Part shown: positions 62,379 to 64,000 of the stretch, piece by piece | How the letters are laid out: every line of letters begins with the position of its first letter | Position numbering within the stretch: the first letter of the stretch is position 1 | Source: Narcine bancroftii | Lineage: Eukaryota | Reading direction: 5' to 3' | Assembly (NCBI RefSeq): GCF_036971445.1 | Contig: NC_091470.1 | Coordinates: 65,348,001 to 65,412,000 of the forward strand | DNA: 64,000 nt | The notes under the pieces: generated by a model | The model's database searches: none | Seen by the model: the letters and a program-made list of their open reading frames with translations, nothing else | Told to the model about the DNA's origin: nothing | Program-made: the position numbers and the translations under genes

Positions 62379-64000
62379 ACCTACTCTATGAAAAAAACTA
62401 ACCAAAATGAAACAACTGAGCAGTTTATCAGAGGGTTATATAGATTTGGTAGCTTTTGATTCATACCGTGAATCAAAAAACAAAGGTAAGACTATATCTC
62501 ATCTGGAAGAGTGAGTACATCAAATCACATTGAAAAAAACATTTACATCAAATGAAAATAAGACATAAAAGGTCGCCATATATCTTCATATTTCACCAAT
62601 GAGTCAAATACATGATATCTCATTTTTTTTCTAAACTTAAAAAGGACATCATATGAGAGAACCATTGGAAAGGTCTAAAGCCTTTCCATTTGAATAGGAA
62701 AGCCAACAATGTAGAGAAGGCCACAACCTATGTCTGGTTCTTTCTTTTCTTTTTCTTCTTTCTTTGGCTTGGCTTCGCGGACAAAGATTTATGGAGGGGT
62801 AATGTCCACATCAGCTGCAGGCTCGTTTGTGGCTGACAAGTCTGATGCGGGACAGGCAGACACGGTTGCAGCAGTTGCAAGGGAAAATTGGTTGGTTGGG
62901 GTTGGGTGTTGGGTTTTTCCTCCTTTGTCTTTTGTCAGTGAAGTGGGCTCTGCGGTCTTCTTCAAAGGAGGTTGCTGCCCGCCAAACTGTGAGGTGCCAA
63001 GATGCACGGTTTGAGGCGATATCAGCCCACTGGCGGTGGTCAATGTGGCAGGCACCAAGAGAATTCTTTAGGCAGTCCTTGTACCTCTTCTTTGGTGCAC
63101 CTCTGTCATGGTGGCCAGTGGAGAGCTCGCCATATAACACGATCTTGGGAAGGCGATGGTCCTCCACTCTGGAGACGTGACCTACCCAGCGCAGTTGGAT
63201 CTTCAGCAGCGTGGATTCGATGCTGTCGGCCTCTGCCATCTCGAGTACTTCGATGTTAGGGATGAAGTCACTCCAATGAATGTTGAGGATGGAGCGGAGA
63301 CAACGCTGGTGGAAGCGTTCTAGGAGCCGAAGGTGATGCCGGTAGAGGACCCGTGATTCGGAGCCGAACAGGAGTGTGGATATGACAACGGCTCTGTATA
63401 CGCTAATCTCGCCAAGGCAAATAGCGCCTTTGGAAGACTACGCAAAAGAGTCTGGAAAAACAACCAACTGAAACACCTCACAAAGATTAGCGTATAGAGA
63501 GCCGATGTCTGGTTCAATAACCCCAAAAAGAGCAATTATTAGATTGGGTTGTAAATTCATCTGAAATTCAGTTGAAAAGATATTAAAAATTTATTTCCAA
63601 TGGATTTCTATGGATGGACAAGACCAAAACATGTGTCAATGTAACAATATCAGATTTGCATCTGTCTCAAGTCTGGTTAATATTAGAAAAGATACAATCC
63701 ATCTTATCTTTGGACAAGTGAACATGATTCACCACTTTGAATTGGATTAATGAATGTCGTGCACAAACAGAAAACGCATTCACCGGTTTAAGAATCTTGT
63801 CCCATAGGTCCTCCAATAAGGGTCATGCAAGTTCCAATTCTCCAACCCTTTTTAATCTTATCATAAAGTACTGGATGTAATTTTAATAATCTATCATATA
63901 CAATTCCAAATAATCCTTTCTGAGAAGAATTCAATTGAAAAATATTATCAACTAGATCTGGTGGATATACAAATGGAAAGTCCGGTAATATGGCTTTTTT
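62040..64000 (-). mobile_element. Old L1/Tx1-type LINE ORF2 C-terminus/3' UTR, interrupted by an RTE
   Basis: Minus-strand SVCARHSLIQFKV...HLSKDK motif near 63690-63770; (CA)n at 62338-62376 lies in the 3' region. Confidence 0.6.
62741..63504 (-). mobile_element. RTE-clade LINE with short 5' inversion
   Basis: Minus-strand body 62741-63409, plus-strand piece 63408-63504, 11-bp TSD atgtctggttc (62730-62740, 63505-63515). Confidence 0.9.

Overview
This is AT-rich, repeat-dense vertebrate genomic DNA, most likely from a cartilaginous fish. That assignment is inferred from the repeat repertoire: HE1-like V-SINEs, CR1, Rex/Babar, L1/Tx1, RTE and Penelope-like elements. The window lies inside a large minus-strand gene whose peptide I recognise as KIAA0586/TALPID3 (centrosomal ciliogenesis protein). 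Five phase-compatible internal exons splice into about 245 open codons: 30831-30748, 10318-10128, 9121-9009, 7477-7293 and 1297-1135. I found no further exon between 30832 and 64000. Almost every ORF in the supplied track is a transposon fragment or spurious. I did not find a convincing new gene system. The most interesting signals are molecular fossils in the introns: an RTE copy with a dense sense-strand A-to-G cluster (possible ADAR-edited RNA fixed in DNA); two 5'-inverted (twin-priming-type) LINE insertions from different clades, one with an apparent 3' transduction; minimal hammerhead cores in Penelope-like repeats; a 5S-derived SINE; a CpG-rich cargo-carrying hAT; a telomeric-repeat scar; a templated 100-bp insertion; and three RFX X-box-like motifs. 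All identifications are by eye and from memory of the families, and repeat boundaries are approximate unless TSDs are given.
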